Shown: positions 42,023 through 56,310 of the stretch, piece by piece | Layout of the letters: each line of letters opens with the position of its first letter | Position numbering within the stretch: position 1 is the stretch's first letter | Source: Octopus vulgaris | Taxonomy: Eukaryota | DNA: 64,000 nt | NCBI GenBank assembly: GCA_951406725.2 | Contig: OX597833.1 | Span: 49,910,001-49,974,000, forward strand | Direction of reading: 5' to 3' | Position numbers and translations under genes: made by a program | Notes under the pieces: generated by a model | What the model was told of the DNA's origin: nothing | Database searches by the model: none | What the model saw: only the letters and a program-made list of their open reading frames with translations

Positions 42023-42542
42023 ACAAACTTTACTAAGGCATTCTTTAAAAGCCCCAGAGATAGATTGTACGCGACTTACTTTATTAATAATTGTTAAAGA
42101 GGAAAAAAGCCACTTAACCTAAGTATTTAGCATATACTCAAATATGCAATTGAAGTGGATTAGCAGAAATTGCTTCGTTTTAGATTTTGTTTAAAGCGTG
42201 AAGTCAGATCTCGGGAGAAAATCTTATGTTTGTGCCTTGCAAATCTAAATAGAAGCACATCAGTAGGCAGAAGTGTAGCTAGAATTCCCACCACCCATAG
42301 CAGTCCTCCATACTTTTTGCTCTCCTTCTGCCTGAACCCCTAGCGTATATAGACTGATACAGTAGATTTAAAAACGCCACCCTATAAAAGTGTCATCCGG
42401 GGTGCTGTTGCGCTACTGCCGATGGAGAAAAAATAGACGGTGAGTATCGCAAAAATAAAGAATATTGCAGCGTGGAAGGTGTTTATAAGCCATTTGAGAA
42501 ACACATAAAAACCGTTAAATTCATTTCAACATTTAAATTTAA

Positions 42543-42593
42543 TTTGCCAAAATATTTTCGTCGCTTTGAGACCACGACCTGTTTACTGACAAA
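42543..42593 (-). ncRNA. Minimal type I hammerhead variant with G3-C8 (family M, element ~42467-42606)
   Basis: Minus strand: tttgtca-GTAAACA-g-gtcgt-loop-gcgac-GAA-aatatt-T-tggcaaa; homologous to 60291-60440. Confidence 0.55.
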
Positions 42594-43256
42594 ATTCCGT
42601 GCTGCATATATTTTTAAAAAATATTTGTTTTGCTACGAGAAATAAAATTGCTTATACGATTTAAATTTCATAATGGAATGTAAAGGATTATAGAATGTCT
42701 AAATTTGCTCGTTGAGGTAGCAACTACCGAGTATTTCAGCCTCATAGGAAAGCTATCCATACGTAATTCAGAACTCTGATCGAGATTCACCAAGTATAAA
42801 GAATTAGAAAAAAAATATGAATTGATTCTAAAAGGAATTCAAATATAAAATGCTGATTCAGCTGGCTAAGATATTACTACAGTGCTAAAACAGCATTCTG
42901 ACACCATCATCGTTACTGTTATCAACACGTGAACTTTATTGTCCCCAGTCATAAGGTTAGTGACCCGGTTTTCATAGCGTATAGGTAGCTGTGATCATAC
43001 AACAAAGCGCCAGAACGGGATACCAATCCGTTGCAAAGTTACTTATTTCAAGCTGTGGGAGCTGGGGCATTGTAAAAGGAAGTGTTTTGTAGAAGAATTC
43101 AACGCACTGTCAGGTCCAGGAATCGAAAATACGATCTAAACCTCTAACCACTTGGCTACACGTATAAGGAAGGATTAGAAAAGAAAATGAAGTGGTTTAA
43201 AGGAGAATTGAACTTCGATTACTTGTTCCATAAATGAAGAGATTTGTAGTATTCTA

Positions 43257-43538
43257 CCGGGTGTCCACAAAATCTGGGTACACGGAGTAAATAAAATCAT
43301 AACATAAAGAATTAAATATAAGAAATAATAATTTCTTAAAGTATGTGTTAATTCCCATGTGGCTACATGGAGTAAATAAAATCATAACATAAAGAATTAA
43401 ATATAAGAAATAATAATTTCTTAAAGTATGTGTTAATTCCCATGTGGCTACATGGATTAAATAAAATCATAACATAAAGAATTAAATATAAGAAATAACA
43501 ATTTCTTAAAATATGTGTTAAAGTTTGTGGACACCCTG
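43257..43538. mobile_element. Tc1/mariner MITE with an internal 85-bp triplication
   Basis: TA + ccgggtgtccacaaa ... tttgtggacaccctg + TA; units start at 43279, 43364 and 43449. Confidence 0.85.
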
Positions 43539-44570
43539 TATAACTCCTGTCCAACAGAAGCCGGTATGAGAGAGAAAACAGGTAAAAAATAAAAAACAAA
43601 AAACAGAATAATACACATACAGGAGAAGAAGATTCCTTTTGTATTCATTTTATAGACATCTTATATTTTTTTTTGTTTTCCTCTGACCACGTTTATTAAA
43701 TTATGGCAGTCGACATATATATTTTTTCTAGTCAACGAGAAACCTCAAAACAAAGCATAAAATTCAAAAAACAACTCTGACACATGAAAATGGAATACTC
43801 GTTTATTTTTGTATTTTAATGCCACTCTCGTCAAGCTACTCAATATATTCGTTCCCTCCTTATCCAACTTCATGTAAGACAGACAGGTCTTATAGCTGGA
43901 CAAGCTCTTCTGTTTCTTTCAATGGAGGCTCGACAAAGAGAAGACATATTTGTTTATATATAGTTTTCTTACTTCCGGTGTCGCGTTCAAGTCAGTTTGT
44001 TTTCTCTGTGTGCAAATGCCAGTGTAAGCTCTATCTATCTCAGTGTTTGGTGTTCTTACTGCCAGACGTAGATTTACACAAGTATGTTTTCCTGTTGAAT
44101 AACAACTTTTAAGGGGAGGCAGAAAAACCATCGCTGTTATTTTTGACAGTCTTATCCAAACTTTATGGCTACCACGCCTTGAAGTGAATGTCAGGTTATT
44201 ATTTTTCTTTCTTTTTTCTTGTTGTGTGTTATGAAAATCATTCACAAATATTCATACATCCGCGCTCTTAACATCTACATCCTGCTCTGTCTCCCACTCT
44301 TTCTCTTCATCCCTCTTTCTCTTTCTCTTTCTCTCTCTCTCGTCTTCTCTTCTTGATTCTTTTCCTTCTGTTTCTTGTCTCTCATATCTCAACATCTACT
44401 TCCATATCATCGCCATCATTGCACCCTATCCTCACCGAATAAATGCCGTCTTTACGCATCAGTCTCACCTCCGATCCAACATCATCACCTCCATTGTCAT
44501 CATCATCAGCCTCATCACCGTCTTCATCGATAATGTTCTCATTGACGCAGTTATTTATTATTGTTGTTGC

Positions 44571-44638
44571 TATTATTATTACTGTGTTACCAGTATGAAT
44601 ATTATCTTTCTAAACCCGAACATCTTACACGTCATCAC

Positions 44639-44691
<53 letters not shown>

Positions 44692-44715
44692 TAATAACAA
44701 TAATTAATAATAATA

Positions 44716-44777
<62 letters not shown>

Positions 44778-44979
44778 TGTAGTAGTAGTAATAATAATAA
44801 CAATATTAATAATTATAAATTATTATTATCATTATTGTTGTTGTTATTATTACTATTATAAAAATATTATTATTATTAATATTATGATCATTGTTGTTCC
44901 TATTATTATTACTGTGTTACCAGTATGAGTATTATCTTTCTGGACCCGAACATCTTACACGTCATCACAATAATAATAA

Positions 44980-45053
<74 letters not shown>

Positions 45054-45143
45054 GTAATAAAAATTATTATCATTATTGTTGTTGTTGTTATTATTATTAC
45101 TATTGTAAACATTATTATTATTGTTATTGTTTTTGTTATTATA

Positions 45144-45220
<77 letters not shown>
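44571..45220. repeat. ~330-bp duplication of a unique segment plus (AAT)/(TAG) microsatellites
   Basis: actgtgttaccagtatga...cttacacgtcatcacaa at 44581 and 44911. Confidence 0.9.
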
Positions 45221-45222
<2 letters not shown>

Positions 45223-46309
45223 AAGTAGTAGGAGCATTGTTCTTATTAATAGTAGCAGCAGCAGGAACATCATCTGTATCAGTAGTAGTAGTAGTAGTAG
45301 TAGAAGTAGAAGTGGTGGTCGTGGTGGTAGTAATAGCAGTATCGTTATTGCTCTTATTGGCGACTGTTCTTATATAGCTTGCGCGCTTTGTTCCGCTAGG
45401 AACTTGTTTTGTTTAGTAGTCCCTGTCTTTCGTCTAAAGTTGCTGCTATATTATCACGTTAAAACGAACGAAACTACGTGTCACTAAGTAAAGAAACGAT
45501 GAAGGAAAAAAAAAAGAGGGGAGTGAGACAAAAAAAAAGCAACAAGAAACACTACCACCACCACCAACAACAACAACAACAACAGCAACAACAACAACAA
45601 CTGTATTGACGATGATAACGAGGGGGGAAAATGACAACGACGATGACGGTAGCGTCGACTTAGCAGGAACGAAATGGTAAAGTCAAGAGCTCAGGAGTTT
45701 TTACCCTCCAGCTGTAAGTGGCGTCCAACCAACACGTGTAACTCTTCAAGCTTGAAGAGAGAAATGTTTGTCTTGCGATATTTAACTCTCAACATCGCCA
45801 TGTTGTTTTGAGGTAGGAGGGAAAGAAAGGCAAATCGTAGAAGCTTCTGCAATTTTTTGTTCGTCTTTTTTTTATTTGTCTATGCAAGCTGCGTCTTCTA
45901 TCTTACGTTCATTACAGGAAAAAAAAAATTCGAATGCGTATATAGCAATAAGTCTAAACAGAAAAGCATGTGAATAAGACGATGAGTGTGCGTGTATTTG
46001 TGTGTAAATATGTGCACATGCATGTGTAATCAGTGTATATTGAGATATTGAGGGTGTGATAGTGTATTTGTGTATTTTTCTGGAGTTAGTGTGTATCTAA
46101 GCATGAATATTTGTGTATGTCTACGTCGAATTTTATATTCTGTCTAGGTATTAAACTCACATATGCACGGACATACGTACGCACATACACTTACATAAAG
46201 ATGTGGCTGTATGTTTGTGTGCATAGGTGTGTGTACGTGCGTGTGTCTTGTTCACGGTGGTCCGACATGCTCTTGTCCGTGAGGGCAAAAATAAACATCT
46301 GTGTATGTA

Positions 46310-46722
46310 TATGTATGCATGCATGTATGTATGTATGTATGTATGTATGTATGTATGTATGTATGTATGTATGTATGTATGTATGTATGTATGTATGTAT
46401 GTATGTATGTGCATCTATAATTTTCTCTGTCCTTGTATGTATGTATGTATATTGTGTGTATGTACGTATATTGTGTGTATGTGTTTATGTATGTATGTAT
46501 GTACGTATGTATATATGTATGCATGCATGTATGTACGTATGTATATATGTATGTATGTATGGGTGTCTATAATTTTCTCTGTCCTTGTATGTATGTATGT
46601 ATGTATGTATATGTATGTATATATGTATGTATGTATGTATGTATGTACGTATGTATATATGTATGTATGTATGTATTGTATGTGTCTATAATTTTCTCTG
46701 TCTTTGTATGTATGTATGTATG

Positions 46723-46754
<32 letters not shown>

Positions 46755-46784
46755 TGTATGTATGTATGTATGTATGTATGTATG

Positions 46785-46815
<31 letters not shown>

Positions 46816-46886
46816 GTATGTATGCATGAATGTATGTATGTATGTGTGTCTGTAATTTTCTCTGTCCTTGTATGTATGTATGCATG

Positions 46887-46918
<32 letters not shown>

Positions 46919-47005
46919 TGTATGTATGTATGTATGTATGTATGTATGTATGTATGTATGCATGTATGTATGCATGTGTGTGTGTGTCTGTAATTTTCTC
47001 TGTCC
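46310..47005. repeat. Compound minisatellite: five copies of tct(a/g)taattttctctgtc separated by variable (GTAT)n
   Basis: Anchors at about 46414, 46566, 46685, 46849 and 46987. Confidence 0.92.
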
Positions 47006-47464
47006 TTTTATTTTTGTCGTTTTTCTGTATTTTCGTACGTTCGTCTGCTGTCTTTGTCTTTATGCGTTGTGTTTGCCTCCATCTCCCTCTATATATGCCT
47101 GTGCTTGTTTTCTTATGTAGGTGTATACGTACATGTGTCTAGCTCGCCCACACTCCATACCTTTATCATTCTGCTCCAGTTGTCTGTCTGTTTGTCTATA
47201 GCTCGTTATCACTCAGCATATCTATCTTCTTGAATAATTCTGTTTGTTTTTCTTTTCTGTCTTCTTCCCGTCTGTTGTATATGTAACGTTTATCTTCTTT
47301 CCTATCTTTTCGTCACCTGTCTCTCATCTTACCTGAAGTCATTCAGATTAATCCGCCTATTTCTAGACATATGCACAAACTTTATATAATCCTTATATCT
47401 ACCTGTATCTCCAGTGCACCTTTAATTATATCTCATCTCATTTATCCTATTACTACTTTGGTAT

Positions 47465-47967
<503 letters not shown>

Positions 47968-48799
47968 TAAATATCTTTTTACATGATCAGGCACACTAAT
48001 TCCTTTAAACTAGTTTGGTTAGTGGATAGAAGCTGGCGTTTGCGATAGTAAATAGATATTTCAACAAAAATAGTCATAGCGTAAATAAAACGACAGATTA
48101 AATGTCTCCTAAAGATACAAATAGATATATTAACTAATCTATCTCAAGTAGAAGACGATTGTCCCTATATGATAGTTTCATCTGCTTGAAATATCAGCAA
48201 AACTCCCTTTAAAGTTCTTATCTATTTTTTACTGAAAGCAATGACACTTTGGAGTAGTAATCTCATACATCGTTTGAAAATAAGATGGCCATAGTCAAGG
48301 AATGGAGTGCTGTGGCTATATGTCCACTTGATTGGAACTAACGGATCTCTGGCTTAACAAAACGAGTAACTTTCCCGTCGAAGTATTTTTGCAGAGTGTC
48401 CACAAGTCTACTGGACTTGCCCAGTCAAATACCACCACGTGTTTCTGAATTATTATTACACACCATCTTCAATTTCAGTGTAATTCTGCATGAGAACACA
48501 TACGTCTGTCTCCATGTTTCTTCCAGTAGCGAGAGATTTTGAAAAAGACAACACCGAAAAGCGGAAACTAGACGGATATAAATTCCTTTTTGAAGTCATT
48601 TCGCTTCGTTTACGCTAATAGTAGCGACAAGTTCAAAAGAAGCTATGTCCGGCTACTTGGAATGAAGTACTCAAAGATGTATCTGAAATGGACTAAAATA
48701 TTTAATCTATAATTGCTGGTCCGATAAAAATATATTACACAAACTTAGGAATGCACCGATACAACTGTTTTAGTTTATTTCTCTATATAATATTATTTA

Positions 48800-49930
48800 T
48801 ATGGCTGTGTGTGGAGGCGCGTGGCTTAGTGGTTAGGGTGTCAGCACCATGATCGTAAGATTGTGCTTTCGATTCCTTGACTGGGCGACGCGTTGTGTTC
48901 TTGAGCAAAACACTTCATTTCACGTTGCTCCAGTCCACTCAGCCGGCAAAAATGAGTAACGCTGCGATGAACTGGTGTCCCGTCCAGCTGGAGAACACAT
49001 AATCCATACAAACCGGGAAACCGGGCCCATGAGCCTGGCTAGGATTTAAAAAGGGCGCATTTATTATTTATTTATATGACTGTGTGGTTATAAAGGTTGC
49101 TTTGAAACACGAGGTTTCTTGTTCAATCCCACTTCACGGTGTGTGTCTTGGGCGTCTTGTACTATAGCTCCGGGCCCACAAATATCTTGTGAGTGAATTT
49201 GTTGGACGGAAACTATGTAGAAAATCATCGTATATATGTATATATGTGTGTGCGCGTTTGTATGTGTTGTATATAAGTGTGTGCGTGTGTTTATTTATGT
49301 GTGTGTGAGTGTGTCTGTGTGTGTGTGTATATTTGCCCCTCCCCACCCTTGGTATACTCTCTCTTTACTCTTACTTGTTTCAGTCATTTGACTGCGGCCA
49401 TGCTGGAGCACCGCCTTTAGTCGAGCAAATCGACCCCGGGACTTATTCTTTGTAAGCCCAGTACTTATTCTATCGGTCTCTTTTGCCGAACCGCTAAGTG
49501 ACGGGGACGTGAACACACCAGCATCAGTTGTCAAGCAATGCTAGGGGGACAAACACAGACACACAAACACACACACACACACACACACATACATATATAT
49601 ACATATGTACGACAGGCTTCTTTCAGTTTGCGTCTACCAAATCCATTCACAAGGCATTGGTCGGCCCGGGGCTATAGCAGAAGACACTTGCCCAAGATGC
49701 CACGCAGTGGGACTGAACCCGGAACCATGTGGTTGGTTAGCAAGCTACTTACCACAACAGCCACTCCTGCGCCTGGTATGTTTATGTTCCCATAACTTAG
49801 AAACCAAGAGATTTCGACACAACGAAATAGACACTAGAATCGATTTCATCTATTAAAATCTGCAGGGCGGTGCTCCAGCATGGCCTCAGTGTAATGACTG
49901 AAACAAGTCAATGTTAAAAGATAAAAGATA
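48800..49930. mobile_element. Nested SINEs: old family A (+) containing family D (48812-49060, +) and a younger family A (49355-49772, -)
   Basis: Direct repeat ttatttatatg(g/a)ctgtgtg around the D copy and tggtat around the inverted A copy; the host resumes at ~49775. Confidence 0.85.
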
Positions 49931-50884
49931 AACCTATATATTTTACCAGTTACTACAATACCACTTTCATCCAAACAACGCCAAAACAAGCAATATTAAT
50001 TGCTGTCCTCGGCTACAAACTCAAAGAAGATTTGGCAAATGCCGTTATATCGAATAATAAATTTTTATTGAACACCAGAGGGATTAAAGTCAAAGACAGC
50101 TGAGTTGGAATTTGAATTCAGAACGGAACGAAAGAATCGCAAGTGAATTTAATCACAGCTTTACCGATTCTGTCACTTTGATACCGCGGCGCACACAATT
50201 ACACACATACAATACAAAAGTTCACACGTACGCACAGATAGTTAGTTATAGTTTCAAATGTGAATAGCTTCTCTATAACACGTATATAGATTTATTTATT
50301 CCCATACATAAACAATTAAGTGGGCTGTGTACTGAAGATCATATCGAAAAGGCATGGCTTTTCAACAGGATATTCAATTTCATATTACGTATCAGATGCG
50401 GTATAACAAAACGACAGACTTCACACGCACGCAGAGAATATGGTTGATTAACTTGGATGTTAAATTTCAACGTTAATGAAAGATGGAACTGGAATGGCCT
50501 CTGGTTCGGCTTTTATGGGTCTTACTTGATAGCAGACCAGAGACAGGGCTCGGTTTCTATTTTAATCAAAATGTCAGGAAATAAAAATATTTTCGTCTGT
50601 TTTTTTCCTTATGTGTGTATATGTATGTGTGCAAGTTCTGTAAAAATTGGTGTATGTATCTGTGTATGTGTGTATGTGTGTGTGTGCGTGTATCTGTAAT
50701 CCATATATATATATAACAAAGTTGTAAGGTATATATACACACACACACATACATACATACATACATACACACATGTATGTATATATATATGTATGTATGC
50801 GTGTATGCATGTATTTATGTATGCGTGTATGCATATAAGTATGTATGCGTGTATGTGTGTGTATCTATAATCCATATATATCTG

Positions 50885-51222
50885 TGAGGCGCAATGGCTA
50901 AGTGGTTAGGGCGGCGGACTCGCGGTTTAGATTCCCAGAGTTTATCGAGTGAAAACACCTAAAGCTCCACAAGGCTCCTGCAAGGGGGTTGGTGGCGAAC
51001 CGTGCTGTACTCAATCACTACAACTTTCTCTCACTCTTTCTTTCAGATTCTGCTGTACCTGTCACACTCAGGGGCTAGCTTTGTCACACTCGTGTCACGT
51101 TGCATCTCTCCCGAGTACTACATTGAGGGTACACGTGTCTATGAAGTGCTCAGCCACTTGCACGTTAATTTCACGAGCAGGCTGTTCCGTTGATCGGCTC
51201 AACTGGAACCCTCGTCGTCGTA
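50885..51222 (+). mobile_element. SINE family C
   Basis: Collinear with 30330-30715, with deletions. Confidence 0.88.
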
Positions 51223-52206
51223 ACATATACATATATGTCTACATATTTTGTTTATATATATATACATGTCTACATATTTTGTTTATATATATATATATAT
51301 ATATATGCATATTCCATATATACACACACACGCATACATACATTCCATATGCATATTTATATACTCATAGACACATACATGTTTAATATACATAGATATA
51401 CATTCCTATATATATTCATTTATCTATGTATCTATCTGTGGGTATGTGTGTGCGAGAGTGTGTATGGTTGTATGTATGTGTGTGTGCGTGTGTGTGTGCG
51501 TATCCAAGTATGTATACATGTTTAGGATGAAGTGGTAAGAAATAAAAACGAAAATAAAAAAAATTCAACCTGAAAAAAAAAAGAGAAAGAGAAAGAAGAA
51601 AAGAAGCAACTATAAAATGTGCTTGCTAAATAGATGAAAACTAGATTTGGATGTCGAGCGGGAGACATAAAGGGGTGAGGGTTAAGGTTTAGGGTTCGTG
51701 TTAGAAAAATGAATTAAACATTTGAACAGACGAGAAACACCTATACAAACAAAAATGATGTTTAGCAGATGTTTAATTGAAAGTATGGCGTGGTTAAGGG
51801 TGACAGGGTTAGGGAATACTAAATATATACAGAAAAAGGAAAATGCGAAGCTTGTAACCTGAAGAAATGCTCTTTGCTCAACTACCCGTGCTAAAATGCT
51901 GTTTCTCTAAATATTGCGTGTATTTTTCAGATGTTGAATGGAGCGTTCAGTGAAAGGAGTCGACAACTAAAATTGTAGCATTTTGTCACTGAGAATTAAA
52001 TTAAATCAATGTCAATTTGAGGGTAAGAAGTTAAATGCTGTTTTTTTTTTTTTTTTATCAGAAGGTTATTTTTGAAAATAATTGAATGTAGATGATGTTA
52101 GCGAAGTTCACTATTTAATAAACATCTCTGAATATTTTAGAGAAAAAAATTGCTTCATATTGATTTACTTAAGATAGTGAAAATATTAATAATAATAATA
52201 ATTGTC

Positions 52207-52723
52207 AAGGCGGCGAGCTTGGCAGAAACGTTAGCACGTCGGGTGAAATGCTTAGCAATATTTCGTCTGTCACTGCGTTCTGAGTTCAAATTCCGCCGAG
52301 GTCGACTTTGCCTTTCATCCTTTCGGGGTCGATTAAATAAGTACCAGTTACGCACTGGGGTCGATATAATCGACTTAATCCGTTTGTCTGTCCTTGTTTG
52401 TCCTCTCTGTGTTTAGCCCCTTGTGGGTAGTAAAGAAATAGGTATTTCGTCTGCCGCTACGTTCTGAGTTCAAATTCCGCCGAGTTCAAATTTGCCTTTC
52501 ATCCTTTCGAAGTCGTTAAATTAAGTACCAATTGCGTACTTAATTTCAGGCCTTGTGCCTAAAGTAGAAACGAATAATCCTTCCTACTGAAGGATGAAAG
52601 GTAAAGTCGACCTCGGAGGAATTTGAACTCAGAACGTAGCGTGGGGCGAAATACTACTTAGTTTTTTGCCCGGTGTGCTAACGAGTGTGCTAGCTCGCCG
52701 CTTTAGTAGTTGTAGTAGTAGTG

Positions 52724-52784
<61 letters not shown>

Positions 52785-53210
52785 AAATCCTTTCTACTAT
52801 AGGCACAAGGCCTGAAATTTTGGCGGAGAGGAGTAGTCGATTGGATCTACCCAGTGCTTCACTGGTACTTAATTTATCGATTTCGAAAGGATGAAAGGCA
52901 AATTCGATCACGGCGAAATTTGAACTCAGAACATAAAGACGAGGCGAAATACCGCTAAGCATTTTTTGCCCGGCTTGCTAACGATTTAGCCACCTCGCCG
53001 CCTAAAGGCATAAGTCCTGAAATTTTGGTGGAGGGAGACTAGTCGATTAAATCGACCCCAGTGTTTCACTGGTGCTAAATTTATTTACTCCAAAAAGAAG
53101 AAATGCAATGTCGACCTCGGCGGAATTTGAAGTCAGAACGTAAAAACGGGGGCGAAACACTGTTAAGCATTTTTGTCCGGCTTGCTAACGATTCTGCCGC
53201 CTCACCGCTG
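52207..53210. mobile_element. Cluster of family B SINEs (plus-strand dimer, then minus-strand copies around a (TAG)n tract)
   Basis: Repeated B-box and core motifs in both orientations. Confidence 0.88.
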
Positions 53211-53559
53211 TAGTAATAATAATGATAATTATCATCTTTATCATGATAATCACGGTGTTGACTTCATTTGTCACAAGGACATAAAAAGGAAATTAGAAAG
53301 GCAGGTTATAATTTTTGCTGGGGTTTACGTAAACTTGTGTAAGGTATAAATTTTTTGTTACGTTATTGACTAGAAATGATGTAATAGAACTTGTGACGAA
53401 GTACACACACACACACACATCTGTGCGCGTGTGTATAGCGGGAGGTTTCCGACTAAATAGTAATAAATATAGTAAAACAGGTTTAAATTTTATGACATAT
53501 GCAATAGTACCGACCACCCAAAAAGGATGAGAATCCACTATGTTTTAGTATCATGACAA

Positions 53560-53915
53560 TCAAGATGCCCTTGTGAACTCAATCCACAGATTTGCTTGTC
53601 AGTTGTTTGACCATAACCAGTTGAGCATGTCCCTTAGTGGCTGACGATATGTGCATCCCTGAGCACGAGCAGAAGTACTGGCAGAAGTAGTGGCCATCAA
53701 AGCCATGTATTGAGAGGGATTCTTTGGGTTATTAATAATTCACTCCGCGAAACATGGGTGTTTCGTTCAAATACAGCCCTTATTGAGGGACCTCTTAAGC
53801 GGGATGGGCTACTCGACACGAAGAAAATTCTAACTGGGCCCCACCTGCAAGGTCATGTGCTGTTTGTCTTGATACAAGATCCCTATGTCGTACACATTTG
53901 GTTGTGATGCACGTA
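53560..53915 (+). mobile_element. Interspersed repeat, same family as 6739-6900
   Basis: Shared gctgttt.tcttg...ggttgtgatgca block. Confidence 0.55.
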
Positions 53916-53920
53916 TTACT

Positions 53921-54320
53921 TTCATAGATACGGAAAAGCGAAGTTGCTTACTAATCGACCCATCATCCTTTTTTGATTCCAGGTTTGTAAGAAAAAATAA
54001 TAATAACAAAAGAAATGCAATCCCTTAAAATTTGAAGTAAAATTTGGAGCATGCGAACAGTAAAGGTCGTGCCTATAATAACTGGTGCAAAGGGAACAGT
54101 AAGGAAATATATAGACAAATGACTGAAGGGGATTAAATAGAAATCCCGATAGAGTTCCTACAGAAAGTTTATCTTTTAGGGATAGCAAAAATTATCAGGA
54201 GGGTTCTAAGCACTTGAAAGACTGCCGAAAACGTGTGGATACCTAAGGTTACTGGTAGTAACCCACTACCTACATGAATCCTATCAGGAAAAGACAAAAC
54301 CTGAGCTTTGCTTCTATTAT
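53921..54320 (+). pseudogene. 3' fragment of an R4/Dong-like non-LTR element (restriction-like endonuclease region)
   Basis: IDTEKRSCLLID..FDSR, then VKVVPIITGAKGTV...EFLQKVYLLGIAKIIRRVL*, matching the 'VVPIIIGALG...LQKAVLLGTARILR' signature; stops and frameshifts present. Confidence 0.8.
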
Positions 54321-55369
54321 AATGTAGGCACAAGGACATGATTTTATGGTAAGCGCGTAAGGGGATTAAACCGACCACAGTACCTCACTTGTGTTTCAGT
54401 TTATCAATGACCGACAAATTGTATTGGCTAATTCCATGTTCATTTCAGTCGTTACCCATTCTGTACAAATTAGAGTAGGTTTTCCATACATTCTTCTTTG
54501 CGTGTGCTGGTTCATATTTAAAGCTTCTTATGACTCACGACATTTGCAAAAGATAAAAAGTTCTTTTGTTAACGGTGTTGTCATTGCTGCTTGTTCCGTT
54601 TATACTGTTTATTTTTTCAGTTCAAATTAATGCTTTTAAACACTATTCTCTTTTTTGTATCTTTTTTCATTGTAAAACCGTAAGTACTTTTGTGTGTGGA
54701 CCCCTATGTTTGTTTATGTTTTTTAAGGATATTGTTACCATCATTGTGATAGGCACCTTGTTTTGCTACTTCTGAGGCAGCATGTTTCAACATGAGTAAA
54801 TAATGCAAACGGCTAATGGTAGAAATATTTACAGCTGAAAAAAAATGTCAATGATTCAACGAAACATTTTTTCTTTAACAACAACCTCAAAATACTTTAA
54901 AATTAATCCTGGAAGAAATGAACTTCCAGGTGGAGTTCTCTAAACATAATAGCATATAATAATAGTAATAATAATCGTTTATATTATGGGCACAAGGCCT
55001 GGCATTTTAGAGTAGGAATAAATCAATTACATCGAAGAGTGGTGAAGATGATATTGACGCGTTTGAACTCGTGAACAAGCTAAATGCTACGTGTAAGCTA
55101 AGCGTTACTAAATCCTTGTCAATACAATGTTTTCTGTACACTAACATCACTAATATTGATTTTTACCATAGTTAAAAGGGCCCAAATATCTGTGGAGGGA
55201 GCAGTCGATTTCTTCGATACTAACATTTGACTGTTTTCTTCTTGCCTTGAGACAGCATTCACCTGGGATGGGTTGAGCTGGCTTCATTCATCCTCAATGC
55301 TTCATCTCTTACAAACGCCAACCAGACCTGGCGATTTGAGGCTAACGACCGCGTGATCTCCATTTGACT

Positions 55370-55855
55370 GTGGAGGCATATGGCCTAGTGGTTAGAACAG
55401 CGAACTCACGGTCGAGGGATCATGGGTTCGAATCACAGACCGAGCGATGTGTGTATTTATGAGCCAAAAAACTTAAGCCTCACGCGGCTCCGGCAGAGGG
55501 TAACGGTGAGATTCTGCTGACTCTTTCGCCACACCTTTCTCTCACTCTTTCCTCTTGCATCTAGCAGCTCACTTGCGACGGACCGGCATCCCAATCAAGT
55601 GAGGAACCTATACACCAATGAAAGCGGGAAACAATCCTTTATGAGCCAAAACACTTAAGCCCCACGCGGCTCCGGCAGAGGGTAACGGTGAGATTCTGCT
55701 GACTCTTTCGCCACACCTTTCTCTCACTCTTTCCTCCTGCATCTAGCAGCTCACTTGCGACGGACCGGCATCCCAATCAGGTGGGGAACCTATACACCAA
55801 TGAAAACGGGAAACAATCCTTTATGAGCCAGGGAAGGCTTGAGAGGGAACAACCA
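55370..55855 (+). mobile_element. Family C-related SINE with an internal ~181-bp tandem duplication
   Basis: tttatgagcca at ~55456, ~55638 and ~55820. Confidence 0.85.
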
Positions 55856-56039
55856 ACATTTGACTGATACCTTACTTTATCGATGTCATTATTCACAAAA
55901 TGCAAATTGACCTTGGCAGGAATTTTGAAAAAGGGCCTATACGGTCATAATTCCATGCTATCAAACGAACTGAGTATTCTGTTAATCAACCGCACTTCAT
56001 AGAATCTTAAGCGGGTCGATGAAATATGTTCCAGAGTTT

Positions 56040-56190
56040 TTTGTGTGGTAAGGAGCTTGCTTACCAACCACATCGTTTCGAGTTCAGTCCCACTGCGTGG
56101 CACCTTGGGCAAGTGTCTTCTAGTATAACCTCGGGTCGACCAAAGCCTTGTGAGTGGATTTGGTAGACGAAGAATGAAAGAAGCCCGTCG

Positions 56191-56224
<34 letters not shown>

Positions 56225-56310
56225 AGCCCCGGGGTCGATTTACTCGACTAAAGGCGGTGCTCCAGCATGGCCGCAGCAAATAACTGAAACAAGTGAAAGA
56301 GTAAAACAGT
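56040..56310 (+). mobile_element. SINE family A with central deletion
   Basis: Head and tail joined through (TA)n. Confidence 0.85.

Noticed and set aside
51670-51815. Telomere-like ggttaggg motifs
   Set aside because: Only a few degenerate units, insufficient for an interstitial telomere call.
54390-54830. Coding exon or transposase (also 57600-58000 and 26540-26790)
   Set aside because: Frequent stops and no recognisable motif.
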